This document shows, piece by piece, positions 9,482 to 20,065 of a stretch of 64,000 bases of DNA (positions are counted from its first letter, which is position 1; each line of letters starts with the position of its first letter). The stretch covers positions 186,001-250,000 of IMG/VR virus record IMGVR_UViG_3300020084_000003; one strand, written 5' to 3'. A program made the translations under genes and the position numbers. The notes under the pieces were generated by a model. The model did no database searches, had not been told where the DNA came from, and saw only the letters and a list, made by a program, of their open reading frames with translations.

Positions 9482-10102
9482 TCACATCTCAGGATCACCC
9501 AAGGTTGTGAAATTTCCTTTCATCAGATTGTCGATATACGCATAATCATTAGATTTATCTTCAATGTAACTGATAACTTCTTGCAACTTCTGCTTAAATT
9601 CATCAGGCATACTTTCCAACTGTTTTACGACATATCTTTTATCTGAATTTTGAATAATAAGTTTGTTATCTTCTGTAACCATAAACTTTACCTGTTTTTC
9701 TACAGGTTTCTTGTCTGGATAATAATCTATTCTGTATCCTTTTAAGCTTCCATTTTCCTTGAATGTTGTTCTTGCATCAAAAGTAAATTTATCATAGGTT
9801 ATGCCCCATTTTTTTATACTATTATTCACATTTTGAACAATGATCGAAGTATAATTTCTAAGCTGACTTAGCCAAGATTCATGCTTTTTATATTCTAGTG
9901 TTGCAACAAAATCATCTGCATGAGGACGGCGCATATGATCTTCAACATTATACTTAAATTTATTTTCTTCATGGCTGAAATAAATGACAATTTTACCTTT
10001 GCCGTCAAATAGAGGGAAATCAAGAAAAACCTCATTCTTTGGCGTAAGGCTTCTAGTAGTAATTTGATTAGCTTGCAATGAGTAGAAATTATCATACTGC
10101 AT
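9482..10102 (-). CDS. Hypothetical protein
   Basis: Open frame; likely start MQYDNF at 10102 (RBS GAGGT). Confidence 0.55.
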   Translation of the reverse strand: MQYDNFYSLQANQITTRSLTPKNEVFLDFPLFDGKGKIVIYFSHEENKFKYNVEDHMRRPHADDFVATLEYKKHESWLSQLRNYTSIIVQNVNNSIKKWGITYDKFTFDARTTFKENGSLKGYRIDYYPDKKPVEKQVKFMVTEDNKLIIQNSDKRYVVKQLESMPDEFKQKLQEVISYIEDKSNDYAYIDNLMKGNFTTLGDPEM

Positions 10103-10472
10103 TTTCAAATACCTCATAAAACATAGTTTGAACCCTAAGACTAACAAGACTGCCATTAGTCAGGATATATTTCTCATTATTCGATTTATCAATAACATAG
10201 TAATACCTATGCTTTGTGTTGTAATTTATGGTATCAATGTAAGTATATTCAACACCTTCGACTTTAATTGACTTGGGAATGTATGAAAATTTATCATCAA
10301 CCATTTCTACGAAAGTATGTCTACTTGTAGACACTACAGAATGTTTTTCTGATTTTTTCATTTCATAGTCAATAGTGCTAACGGGAGGTTTTCCTCCGTT
10401 AGCAAATATTGAGGCACAAATCACCAAGTGGGCATCTCTCATAATATTTCGAATTGCCTGCCGGTTTTGCAT
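10092..10472 (-). CDS. Hypothetical protein
   Basis: Translationally coupled to natV (TAATG overlap). Confidence 0.55.
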   Translation of the reverse strand: MQNRQAIRNIMRDAHLVICASIFANGGKPPVSTIDYEMKKSEKHSVVSTSRHTFVEMVDDKFSYIPKSIKVEGVEYTYIDTINYNTKHRYYYVIDKSNNEKYILTNGSLVSLRVQTMFYEVFENAV

Positions 10473-11521
10473 TAGTCAATTCCGATATAGAACGAGATGA
10501 TATGGAAATGGTCTTCAAAACACATTTCGCGCCTGATATCGTGGAAAGGAACCCATTTTGCTTTTTCAGCATCATCGGCACCTTTTACGTGCGGAAGATC
10601 AGGGAAATTCCCAAGATCAATTTTTGCAGCGTGAGTGATTACTCGACCACGTTCCGAACGACCCGGATTGTCAAAAGTATGAACATGCTTGATGTTACGC
10701 TTAATAACTTCTTCCGGCACTTTAAGCAGAGTTTCTTCACGCAATTCTCGAACGATGCAATCCTTGATACGCTCATATGGATTGATAAAACCACCCGGAA
10801 GCGCCCAAAGACCTTTCCCCGGCGCAACTTTACGTTGAACCATAAGGACGTGACCCGATTGAATGACAACAGCATCGCCCGTAACAAACGTAGGAGCATA
10901 CGGCGCAACTTCCCAAGATTTCTTGTAAGCTTTGATATATTCATATTCTTCTACGAGTTTAACACCAGTTTCATCTTTTTCCAGAATTGCCTCAATATCT
11001 TCAAAAACACTGAGTTTTACAAGATCAGAAACATCCAGTTGATTTTCATTAGGAAGGCCATATGTAGCACGATTTTCATAAAATGCGGTGCGAACATCAG
11101 TAGCATTCATCACAAGACCCTTGCGATTTTGCACAGGCTTGACTTCAACAGTCTGCCATTGCGGGAAAAGAACGCTCAGATAATAAGACGACGCATCTTT
11201 AGCGTAACCAATAAGACCAATTTTGGCATCACGCGGTGCGATGTTATAGACAGCCTTTTGCACACCCGCAACCCATTTATCGTCATTATACGGGTAATCG
11301 TAGATAGGTGCAGTAATAATTTCAGGATTGGCACGATGCACCCAAAGTTCTCGTTCTTCATACGTGAACGGATTTTTCAGAGTGCGCGGTTCACCAGCGG
11401 AACCGATTAGGGCGATAACATTGTCAGCATATTCATATGCGACGTTTAGAACCTCAGTATGTGCCAGTGTGACCGGTTGCATACGCCCAATAAAAACTAG
11501 ATAGTCGAACTTCTTTTTCAT
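10472..11521 (-). CDS. natV: Bifunctional NMN adenylyltransferase / ADP-ribose pyrophosphatase (NadM-Nudix)
   Basis: FIGRMQPVTLAH, GSA...KNPF, NATDVR; Nudix box WALPGGF...RELREET; PGRSERGR; DDAEKAKW; FEDH. Confidence 0.93.
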   Translation of the reverse strand: MKKKFDYLVFIGRMQPVTLAHTEVLNVAYEYADNVIALIGSAGEPRTLKNPFTYEERELWVHRANPEIITAPIYDYPYNDDKWVAGVQKAVYNIAPRDAKIGLIGYAKDASSYYLSVLFPQWQTVEVKPVQNRKGLVMNATDVRTAFYENRATYGLPNENQLDVSDLVKLSVFEDIEAILEKDETGVKLVEEYEYIKAYKKSWEVAPYAPTFVTGDAVVIQSGHVLMVQRKVAPGKGLWALPGGFINPYERIKDCIVRELREETLLKVPEEVIKRNIKHVHTFDNPGRSERGRVITHAAKIDLGNFPDLPHVKGADDAEKAKWVPFHDIRREMCFEDHFHIISFYIGID

Positions 11522-11557
11522 AGCAAAAACTCCTTTGCATATTTCTTTTACAGTCTC

Positions 11558-11586
11558 TTTATATCACTTACGAGAGTCGTTGTCAA
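11558..11586 (-). promoter_or_regulatory. Sigma70-type promoter of natV
   Basis: TTGACA-17nt-TATAAA. Confidence 0.7.
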
Positions 11587-11830
11587 CCCCCTTTTCCTCT
11601 TCCATTTCTTTCTTTAAATCGTCATATACTTTTTTCATTTGGGGCGCTTCGTTACGAACCAATGAAATTATATGTAAAGTGGTGTAAATGAAAGGAAAAA
11701 CAATCATAAAAATTATAATTCCAAATGGAATCTTAAATAGTGAGGTTAGGCTTAATGCCATTAGAATTAAGCCCATATAGAACATAATAGAAATTGTTCT
11801 TTTATATTTTAAGTTATCGTTCATGTCCAC
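11564..11830 (-). CDS. Small two-TM membrane protein
   Basis: Two hydrophobic helices and a charged C-terminal tail. Confidence 0.55.
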   Translation of the reverse strand: MDMNDNLKYKRTISIMFYMGLILMALSLTSLFKIPFGIIIFMIVFPFIYTTLHIISLVRNEAPQMKKVYDDLKKEMEEEKGVDNDSRK

Positions 11831-12258
11831 AACGCATTATAGAAGGTTCCGAACAAGATAAGACCGTTTTCAATCCTTTTTTCTACAGCAGCGATTGCTT
11901 CATCATCTCTGCTAACTAGGGCAGAATCTTTCCAAACTTCAAACTCTTCTTCCCATTCGCCCCACTGCTTTTTTCTTTCAAAAGCAAAAATCATTTCGTC
12001 TATAACCCATTCCCATTTCAAATATGCACTATCATCAACGTCTTCTCCCCATTTATTACCATTCTTTAGATGGTCAGGGACAAGAGAATCATCAACAAAA
12101 GGACAGCCCTTGTATTCCTTTAGCTTTAGAAGAAGGGGATGGATAATCAACGCCAGAGTATGATCTGCATTCCAAGTATCATAATCGTGTATTTCGATTT
12201 CAACTTTTCTTTCAGACTCTTCATCTAGGTTAGGATACGGGCCTATTTCAATTTTCAT
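11821..12258 (-). CDS. Conserved phage hypothetical protein
   Basis: DTWNADHTLALIIHPLL and W..VIDEMIFAF...GLILFG...LW pattern typical of large myoviruses. Confidence 0.6.
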   Translation of the reverse strand: MKIEIGPYPNLDEESERKVEIEIHDYDTWNADHTLALIIHPLLLKLKEYKGCPFVDDSLVPDHLKNGNKWGEDVDDSAYLKWEWVIDEMIFAFERKKQWGEWEEEFEVWKDSALVSRDDEAIAAVEKRIENGLILFGTFYNALWT

Positions 12259-12259
12259 T

Positions 12260-12943
12260 TTAACTGTCCTTCATAAAACGATGACCACCAATGACAACGG
12301 TTTGTCGCATGGTATCAGACCAATAGGGATTTACTTTGTTTGGATTGTAGTAGTGATCGGCACCCATGCTGTTATCAGGGATTTCACCAGAAATTGCCCT
12401 ACGGGCGATATCAAGAGCAACCATGAAAGAATGACGCTCTTTTTTGCCGCGAAGATTCATGTATGGGCGCTCAAGAGTCCAAGAAAATTGGCTATCTTGA
12501 TAGACAACACCACAAACAGTATTGGGCCAGCGACGGCTTTTGACACGGTTTAGAGTGACAAGAGCAACCATTTCTTGACCGCGAATACCTTCACCACGGG
12601 CTTCATGGTAGAGATTTTGTGCCATGCAAATGATTTCTTCTTCAATGTTGGCGTCAGTAACCAAAGGTTGGTTATGAACGACAAAAGAAGCCGAATGAAT
12701 GGCGTCAAAGTTATTTTGGAAATTGTATTTGAAAGGGACAATGTTTTCCACAGTCTCAGTTTCAGTCTCTTCTTCCACATATGGGGCTACAAATACAGTA
12801 TCAGGAACCGTAGCAACGCTAACCTGACGCGGCCTGTATTCTTCCCTGTATGCTGCACTGACTTCTTTGTAGGACGCCGAAAAGGCAACCACTGCAAAAA
12901 TGTTCAGTCCAATAAGTGTGTTTTTAACTGCTTTCGTAAACAT
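12260..12943 (-). CDS. SleB/Hydrolase_2 cell wall hydrolase with N-terminal signal/anchor
   Basis: CMAQNLYHEARGE, VTLNRV, WPNTVCGVVYQDSQFSW, GADHYY, IGGHRF; likely start MFTK at 12943. Confidence 0.88.
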   Translation of the reverse strand: MFTKAVKNTLIGLNIFAVVAFSASYKEVSAAYREEYRPRQVSVATVPDTVFVAPYVEEETETETVENIVPFKYNFQNNFDAIHSASFVVHNQPLVTDANIEEEIICMAQNLYHEARGEGIRGQEMVALVTLNRVKSRRWPNTVCGVVYQDSQFSWTLERPYMNLRGKKERHSFMVALDIARRAISGEIPDNSMGADHYYNPNKVNPYWSDTMRQTVVIGGHRFMKDS

Positions 12944-12974
12944 TGTCCCTCTCATGATTCGTTTCGTTAGAACA

Positions 12975-13003
12975 CTTCTAACATCTAGTAGGTGTTGTGT
13001 CAA
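12975..13003 (-). promoter_or_regulatory. Sigma70-type promoter
   Basis: TTGACA-17nt-TAGAAG. Confidence 0.6.
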
Positions 13004-13437
13004 CGATAAAAATCGTGGTTCCCTACTCTTCTTTCAAAGGGTCTTCTGTCATGAAAGCTACTGCGGCTTCCAGTTCTTTTGAAATACAAAGCGTTTGTAT
13101 TCAAAGTGCTTTTCTTGCCAGACAAAATATCTTCCGATAGTTTAACTATTTCCCTATATTTTGATTTATTGTTGATAGGAGGATTTCTAGGAACCCATGA
13201 GAATTGATTTCTCTCATTTACAACGCCACAAATTGTGCTAGGGAATTTTGGATTGCTTGCTCTATTTAGAGTAACATCTGCGATCATTAGCATTCCTTCT
13301 AAACCTTCTCCACGGGCTTCGAAGTATATATTTTTTGCCATGCATTCAACATCTCTACTTGAATAATTGGCCGCAGCAGCAGATTGTGCAAATAGTAGTG
13401 AAATGCATACCATTATGCATTTGATAGTAGTAGTCAT
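13000..13437 (-). CDS. SleB/Hydrolase_2 cell wall hydrolase with signal peptide
   Basis: Signal peptide ending SAAAA; CMAKNIYFEARGE, FPSTICGVV, QFSW, VGNHDFY. Confidence 0.88.
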   Translation of the reverse strand: MTTTIKCIMVCISLLFAQSAAAANYSSRDVECMAKNIYFEARGEGLEGMLMIADVTLNRASNPKFPSTICGVVNERNQFSWVPRNPPINNKSKYREIVKLSEDILSGKKSTLNTNALYFKRTGSRSSFHDRRPFERRVGNHDFYR

Positions 13438-13489
13438 AAGTATTTTCTCTCTCTTTTATTTCATTAATGTCCCTTATTCAGAGGAAAGG

Positions 13490-13518
13490 AACTTAATATA
13501 CTTATGACCTTTAGTCAA
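13490..13518 (-). promoter_or_regulatory. Sigma70-type promoter
   Basis: TTGACT-17nt-TAAGTT. Confidence 0.55.
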
Positions 13519-13550
13519 GTGGGGTCTTACAGGTAAGCAAGACCCCGCTT
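13517..13550 (-). terminator. Hairpin / probable terminator abutting the promoter -35
   Basis: AAGCGGGGTCTT...AAGACCCCACTT. Confidence 0.55.
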
Positions 13551-13555
13551 ACAAA

Positions 13556-13690
13556 TTAGTCCTCTTTGAGAAATTCTCCGCTCTCTCTAAAGTCCTTTAG
13601 TTTTTTCTCTTTCTCTTTGCTTTCTTTTTCAGTTATAATTTCTTTACCTTCAAGGTTCCATTCGTCTATTTGATCCTTATCAAGCATCAT
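13556..13690 (-). CDS. 44-aa charged hypothetical protein (not in ORF track)
   Basis: MMLDKDQIDEWNLEGKEIITEKESKEKEKKLKDFRESGEFLKED; overlaps the stop of the upstream gene; RBS AAAGG. Confidence 0.5.
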   Translation of the reverse strand: MMLDKDQIDEWNLEGKEIITEKESKEKEKKLKDFRESGEFLKED

Positions 13691-14315
13691 TATTACCTTT
13701 CTTATGTCTGTTTAAAACGTAGTCTTGCACATCCTTGTTGGATGCCTCTTGTAGAACTCTAACTCTATTTTCTTCTACTGATTCTTCGATTGTTTCTGCA
13801 ACAGGCTCTTCTACTGATTCTTCTATGTTCTCTATAGCCTCATATGCTGCAATAGAAGAAACTATCTTCAATGTCCAATCATCCTCATCAATAAAAAGAT
13901 TTTCTTCTTCGTCTTCAAGACGCATAACCATTGCCACATTTCCGTAGCGATGGAAATCTTTGCCACAACATACTAAAACATCTTTACCAATACCTAAAGC
14001 ATAACCCAATTCCATCAAAGTAATTGGAGACTTGGTTTCAACGTCAAAATAAAATAGAACTAAGTCTGCCTCTTTGATATGGTCCCATTCCCATTCTACT
14101 TGTTCATAGAATTGCGTTCCCGGCGTTGGGTCTTGTTCCCAAGATGAATCCCAATCATCACGTCTTGGATTAAAAATGTTTACATTATACTTTGACAGTT
14201 TCTTTGTGATTCGAGTTTGCCAATCTTCGGCAACGCCCATCTCAATTGATCCGGCCAAAAATATATTTAATGGTCTTTCGGTTTCGTCCCTATGCGGGGC
14301 TTTAAATACTTTCAT
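13680..14315 (-). CDS. Nucleoside 2-deoxyribosyltransferase-like protein
   Basis: IFLAGSI, DWQ, FNPRR, QVEWE, SPITLMELG, GNV; start MKVF at 14315 (RBS GAGGA). Confidence 0.85.
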   Translation of the reverse strand: MKVFKAPHRDETERPLNIFLAGSIEMGVAEDWQTRITKKLSKYNVNIFNPRRDDWDSSWEQDPTPGTQFYEQVEWEWDHIKEADLVLFYFDVETKSPITLMELGYALGIGKDVLVCCGKDFHRYGNVAMVMRLEDEEENLFIDEDDWTLKIVSSIAAYEAIENIEESVEEPVAETIEESVEENRVRVLQEASNKDVQDYVLNRHKKGNNDA

Positions 14316-14970
14316 TTCTTCTTCCTCTATAGTATGGTTCAATCCAAACCGGTTCTTTATCACTATAGACCATGACAAATCCTGTTGGACCCTTATAACC
14401 TTTTTTATATATACCTACACACAGTTGTTCGCCATCCTTGGCACTACAATCTAGATTGCTTCTATTTGGCAACTGTTCCGGCCCATTTCTAAAAGGAGTG
14501 TGGCCGTGCGTAAGATGATAATGTCTAGATGCAAAATCTTCACCAACATAAAATCTTGACCAAATCAACGTGCTTTCAGATTGCTCATCAAATCCTTTAG
14601 TCGGATCAAAAAAAGCATGAGCGAATATATTGTTCTCAAAAACATACATTGGTAATAGATTTTTCAAAAATAATTTATAATTTTCTGGCAGAAATCCAGA
14701 AGTTTGTGATAGAAATTTTCCGCAAAAATAAGCTTTGAAGTTGCTATCAATAAACATTCTCTCATGGTTTCCCATGAGTGTAATAAATTCAACCCCTTCT
14801 GGTGGATTCATGACTATATCCAAAACACCTTTACTATCTGGCCCTCGGTCTATATAATCGCCCAAAAAGATTACAGTCTTGCCTCCTTCGGAATATATAA
14901 CATCTAGTGCCTTTTTAAGCAAGCCGCTTTGGCCGTGTATATCTCCAATGGCATAATATTTCTCATTCAT
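14302..14970 (-). CDS. Calcineurin-like metallophosphoesterase (Ser/Thr phosphatase type)
   Basis: GDIHG, GDYIDRG, GNHE, HGHTP. Confidence 0.9.
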   Translation of the reverse strand: MNEKYYAIGDIHGQSGLLKKALDVIYSEGGKTVIFLGDYIDRGPDSKGVLDIVMNPPEGVEFITLMGNHERMFIDSNFKAYFCGKFLSQTSGFLPENYKLFLKNLLPMYVFENNIFAHAFFDPTKGFDEQSESTLIWSRFYVGEDFASRHYHLTHGHTPFRNGPEQLPNRSNLDCSAKDGEQLCVGIYKKGYKGPTGFVMVYSDKEPVWIEPYYRGRRNESI

Positions 14971-15170
14971 TCAATTTTATTCCTTAGCATATCCGCTACA
15001 ATAAACAAGGAAAAAACCGGAACCCAAAACACAATTACTAAAAAGCTTATGATAAGCTGCTTGTCACTCATTCCCATTATACCAATTCTGATAATCAAAC
15101 GATACAGAAGAATAATAACCCCTACGAAATAGGGGATAAAGACGGGGTAAAGTGGGATATCAAACAGCAT
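14967..15170 (-). CDS. Small two-TM membrane protein
   Basis: Hydrophobic; RBS AAGGAG; ATGA overlap. Confidence 0.55.
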   Translation of the reverse strand: MLFDIPLYPVFIPYFVGVIILLYRLIIRIGIMGMSDKQLIISFLVIVFWVPVFSLFIVADMLRNKIE

Positions 15171-15179
15171 ATCATCTCC

Positions 15180-15704
15180 TTAAAATTTCTTTCCGTTAAT
15201 AGAATCACGGTGTGCTTTGGTATTATCCAGCCTAGTCTTGTTGTATTCTCTCTTCTCTTTTATGGCTGACAGAACATCATAACCCATGTCATAGCAAATG
15301 TCAAGGATGCTATGAACCAAAAGCTCAGTGTTGCCGCCACGCTCTGGATGTGTCAGGAGTTTGCAAATATGATGAAGCGATTTTTCAAAATCAAAATTGT
15401 TGTTTTTATAATGGCTATAGTCATGTTTGAATTTTTCCATATCTTTACCTTCCATTCGATCCAGAAGTCTAATAATTGCATCAGCAAGTTCAACTTCTAT
15501 TCCATCCCTATGTGGCAATTTATCGTCTTTTAGGTTTTTCCTGAAAGCTTCAAACGCTTCTATTATTTCAGATAGTATCAACAATGATAGTCTTTCATTG
15601 CTTATGTCTATTGGAGTCCCGTCATCCAAAAACCACCATTTTTTATTTTCAGTTGTGTTCACTTCAACTGCAAGATCATTGAAAAATTTCGCTTCTATTC
15701 TCAT
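15180..15704 (-). CDS. MazG-like nucleotide pyrophosphohydrolase
   Basis: SEIIEAFEAFRK, EVELADAIIR, K..YN..R. Confidence 0.75.
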   Translation of the reverse strand: MRIEAKFFNDLAVEVNTTENKKWWFLDDGTPIDISNERLSLLILSEIIEAFEAFRKNLKDDKLPHRDGIEVELADAIIRLLDRMEGKDMEKFKHDYSHYKNNNFDFEKSLHHICKLLTHPERGGNTELLVHSILDICYDMGYDVLSAIKEKREYNKTRLDNTKAHRDSINGKKF

Positions 15705-15725
15705 ATATGTCCCTCCAAGGCTATA

Positions 15726-16709
<984 letters not shown>

Positions 16710-17243
16710 TTAACATCTTCCATGATTTTCATAGAAACCATATTGTTCTTCTGCTTCTTTCCTAGCTTTAATTGCTTCATCAATATCGTCAAAAAAGCCT
16801 ATGTGGATATCTTTGCCATCAACTTTAATTCTTGCTCTCCATCTATCTTTATATTTTGAGATTCCCATATAACCACTATAATTGTTCTTAGGAATTTTTC
16901 TATTTTTAGAATTTACAAGTGGGGTGACATTTCGCAAGTTTTCTAGTTTATTATCTATAGTAATACCATTCTTGTGATCCACAAATATTGGCACTTCCCT
17001 TTTATTCATTATCCACATTACCCTATGCGCGTAATGATGTTTATTATCAATTTGACTTCTCAAGTAACCTTTATTTAGACTCGTCAGTGCTTCTTTTTCA
17101 GCATATTTACTATTCCACTGCTTAAACGCAATTTCAGATTTAAAAAGATTCCTATTTCTAGGCTTCCAGTAAAACTTTCCAGAATCAGGGTCCGAAACCA
17201 AATAAAAATTATAAAATTCTATCGCTTGTTTCAAGTCTTCCAT
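16710..17243 (-). mobile_element. Free-standing HNH endonuclease with C-terminal AP2 domain
   Basis: YAHRVMW, VDHKNG..DN...NLR, SGYMGI..WRARI...HIGFFDD..EA..AR. Confidence 0.88.
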
Positions 17244-17265
17244 ATTATTTATCCATAATGTAAGA

Positions 17266-17291
17266 GTCTGGGACTAATAAAAGCCCCAGAC
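17266..17291 (-). terminator. Hairpin after nrdE
   Basis: GTCTGGG...CCCAGAC inverted repeat. Confidence 0.5.
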
Positions 17292-17303
17292 ATAAGATTT
17301 AAA

Positions 17304-19418
17304 TTACAACGCGCAGGCTACGCACTCATCAATTTTCTTAGAGGTATTAAGTTTCTCTTGTTTTACGCGAATATAATAAATGGTTTTAATACCTTTGCTA
17401 TATGCATAAATTTGAGCTTTATTAACATCTCTGGTAGTTGCAGTAGATGGGAAGAATAGTGTGCAAGACAACCCTTGATCTACGTGCTGAGTCGCAGCAG
17501 CATAAACATCAATAAGTTTTTTTGGACCTATTTCATACGCAGACTGATAATACTCAATATTGTCATTTGTAAGGTTTGGAGCAGGATAGTATACCCTTCC
17601 CATCTTACCTTCTTTTCTAACCTCAATTGCAGATACAACTGGATGAATAGATGCAGTTGCATTGTTGATATATGAAATAGAACCAGTTGGCGGAATAGCC
17701 TGTAGATATTTGTTGAATATTCCATATTTCATAACTGATTCTGACAACGCTGCCCAATCATCGCTTGTAGGCACTTTAATGCCCTTAAACAATTCTTTTA
17801 CCTTTTCAGTTTCAGGTGCCCATGTGCCTTCAATATATTTCTTGAAAAATTCACCAGTGGCATATTTTGATTTCTCAAAACCATGATAAGTTTCGCCCTT
17901 TTCTATTGCAAGCTTGTTAGATGCTTTAATTGCATAGTAAGCTACGGTGTAGAAATAGATGTTTGTGAAATCAATTGATTCTTCTGAACCATAGAACATT
18001 TTCTCTTTACCAAAATAACCATGTAGGTTCATTTGCCCCAAACCGATAGCATGGCTATTTTGGTTGCCTTTTTGAATTGAAGGGACACAATTCACATTAG
18101 AATCTAGAGAAACATTTGTCAATGCTCTAATAGCGGTTTCTACTGATCTTTCAAAATCAGGAGATGCCATCATTCTTTCTACGTTCATACTGCCCAAATT
18201 ACAAGAAATATCATTACCAACTTCATCGTAAGTCAAATCTTCATTATATGTAGAAGCAGAGTTTTCCTGCAAAATCTCACTACACAAATTTGACATGTTA
18301 ATTCTGCCACCATTTGGATTTGCCTTGGTCGCTGTGTCTTCGTATAGAATATACGGATAACCAGATTCAAACTGCAATTCTGCAATAGTTTGGAACAATT
18401 CTCTTGGATTTATCTTCTTCTTTCTAATTCTTGGATTTTCCACCATTTCATGATACATATCTGTTATAGATATATCGCTCATTGCAACACCATATTCTTT
18501 CTCTATATCATATGGTGAAAATAGATACATAGGCTCATTATCTCTAGCAAGTTTCATTGTAATATCTGGAACTACAATGCCAAGAGACAAAGATTTGATA
18601 CGAATCTTTTCATCAGCATTTTCGCGTTTTGTATCCAAGAAACGCAAAATATCTGGATGGTGAGCATTAAGATATACTGCGCCAGCGCCATCTCTTGCAC
18701 CCAATTGGTCTGCATATGAGAATATATTCTCTAATACTTTCATAACTGGAATAATGCCAGTTGAAACTCCCTCAACACCTTTAATTGGTGCGCCAAATTC
18801 TCTCAAGTTTGTTAGAGATATTGCAACACCACCGCCACGCTTAGAAAGTTGACCTGCGCCGTTAAACGATCTGAAAATAGATTCAAAATTATCCTCAGTT
18901 CTCATCAAGAAACATGAAACCTGTTCACCGGCTCTTATTTTGCCAGCATTAAGAAATGTTGGTGTGGCAGGTTGGAAACGAGATGACATAATTTCATCTA
19001 CTAGATTGATAGCTTCTTCTTCTATTCCTTTGGCTAGAGTAAGAGCAACAGCTACAACTCTATCCTCGTAACGCTCAAGATATCTTGAACCATCTGTTGT
19101 TTTCATCGCATAAGATGTATAGAATTTGAATGCTCCAACAAAAGTCTGGAATCTATATTCTTTATCATATGCTCTTTTGTATAGACTTTTGACAAAATCT
19201 TTGCTATACTGGTCAAATATGTCTTTTCTATAATACCCATTTTCAAATAGATAATCTAGTTTTTCTTCTAGCGTGTGAAAGAAGACGGTGTTTTGATTAA
19301 CATGTTCAATAAAATAAACTTTTAATGCTTCTTTGTCTTTATCGAATTGTATATTTCCGTTTGCATCGGTTATATTTAAGTATGCGTTTAAATCTGTAAA
19401 CGTTTCAGTTTGTGCCAT
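17304..19418 (-). CDS. nrdE: Class Ib ribonucleotide reductase alpha subunit
   Basis: [50 protein letters not shown]-terminal CVAC; no ATP cone, no intein. Confidence 0.96.
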   Translation of the reverse strand: MAQTETFTDLNAYLNITDANGNIQFDKDKEALKVYFIEHVNQNTVFFHTLEEKLDYLFENGYYRKDIFDQYSKDFVKSLYKRAYDKEYRFQTFVGAFKFYTSYAMKTTDGSRYLERYEDRVVAVALTLAKGIEEEAINLVDEIMSSRFQPATPTFLNAGKIRAGEQVSCFLMRTEDNFESIFRSFNGAGQLSKRGGGVAISLTNLREFGAPIKGVEGVSTGIIPVMKVLENIFSYADQLGARDGAGAVYLNAHHPDILRFLDTKRENADEKIRIKSLSLGIVVPDITMKLARDNEPMYLFSPYDIEKEYGVAMSDISITDMYHEMVENPRIRKKKINPRELFQTIAELQFESGYPYILYEDTATKANPNGGRINMSNLCSEILQENSASTYNEDLTYDEVGNDISCNLGSMNVERMMASPDFERSVETAIRALTNVSLDSNVNCVPSIQKGNQNSHAIGLGQMNLHGYFGKEKMFYGSEESIDFTNIYFYTVAYYAIKASNKLAIEKGETYHGFEKSKYATGEFFKKYIEGTWAPETEKVKELFKGIKVPTSDDWAALSESVMKYGIFNKYLQAIPPTGSISYINNATASIHPVVSAIEVRKEGKMGRVYYPAPNLTNDNIEYYQSAYEIGPKKLIDVYAAATQHVDQGLSCTLFFPSTATTRDVNKAQIYAYSKGIKTIYYIRVKQEKLNTSKKIDECVACAL

Positions 19419-19785
19419 TAAGTGTTTCCTCTATTCTTTTTATTGTTGAATAAACATCGCTATCGCTGCCTGTCAATTCAAATTTGTGTAAAATATCAAT
19501 TCCGCATTTGTGCGATACCACGTCGCCAGCATAGCCAAAGAATTTTCCAAAGTTTCTATTTCCACCAGCTACGACACCCCGTATAAGGGTGTGGTTTTTA
19601 TTTAAAAAACTAACAACGTTTTTGTGTAGTGATTTTGTCCCATCCCGTTTTGCATATGTTGGGACTATCAGAACATAGGGATCATTCATCACAAGACCAT
19701 TAGATATTTCGATAATGTCTTTCGATCCTAGTTTTTGAACAAATTTTCGGGTGTTTCCTGTCTTAGATGAGAAATATACTATCAT
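19405..19785 (-). CDS. nrdI: Flavodoxin NrdI
   Basis: [29 protein letters not shown]. Confidence 0.93.
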   Translation of the reverse strand: MIVYFSSKTGNTRKFVQKLGSKDIIEISNGLVMNDPYVLIVPTYAKRDGTKSLHKNVVSFLNKNHTLIRGVVAGGNRNFGKFFGYAGDVVSHKCGIDILHKFELTGSDSDVYSTIKRIEETLNGTN

Positions 19786-19997
19786 AGTTCGAACAGTTTG
19801 TCAACTCTAAAACCTGCCCAATGGTCATTCTCAGTGACAACTACTGGCATAGAACGGTAGCCCAAGGTCTTGACCTTCTCGAATGCTACTTCATCTTTAG
19901 TTATGTCTACCAAGTTGTATCTCAAACCTTTAATAGTTAATTCTCTTTTGGTAGCCTCGCACAAGTGGCACGAAGGCTGCGTATAAACTGTAATCAT
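19782..19997 (-). CDS. nrdH: Glutaredoxin-like NrdH
   Basis: ITVYTQPSCHLC, PVV, WAGFR; start MITV at 19997 with RBS GGAG. Confidence 0.92.
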   Translation of the reverse strand: MITVYTQPSCHLCEATKRELTIKGLRYNLVDITKDEVAFEKVKTLGYRSMPVVVTENDHWAGFRVDKLFEL

Positions 19998-20032
19998 GTC
20001 TTTCTTCTCCAAATCTTAAACTTAAAAGATTA

Positions 20033-20065
20033 AACAGAAAGGCAACTAGCAATCGCCTTTCTGTT
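20033..20065 (-). terminator. Strong terminator-like hairpin just upstream of nrdH
   Basis: AACAGAAAGGC...GCCTTTCTGTT followed by TAATCTTTT. Confidence 0.6.

Noticed and set aside
10454-11410. 318-aa plus-strand ORF antisense to natV
   Set aside because: Shadow frame of a well-conserved gene; no motifs or RBS
12944-13003. Long N-terminal extensions given by the ORF track (also at 4752, 14378, 25381, 32286, 36245, 37095)
   Set aside because: They overlap promoters or upstream genes; downstream ATGs with clear Shine-Dalgarno sequences were chosen instead
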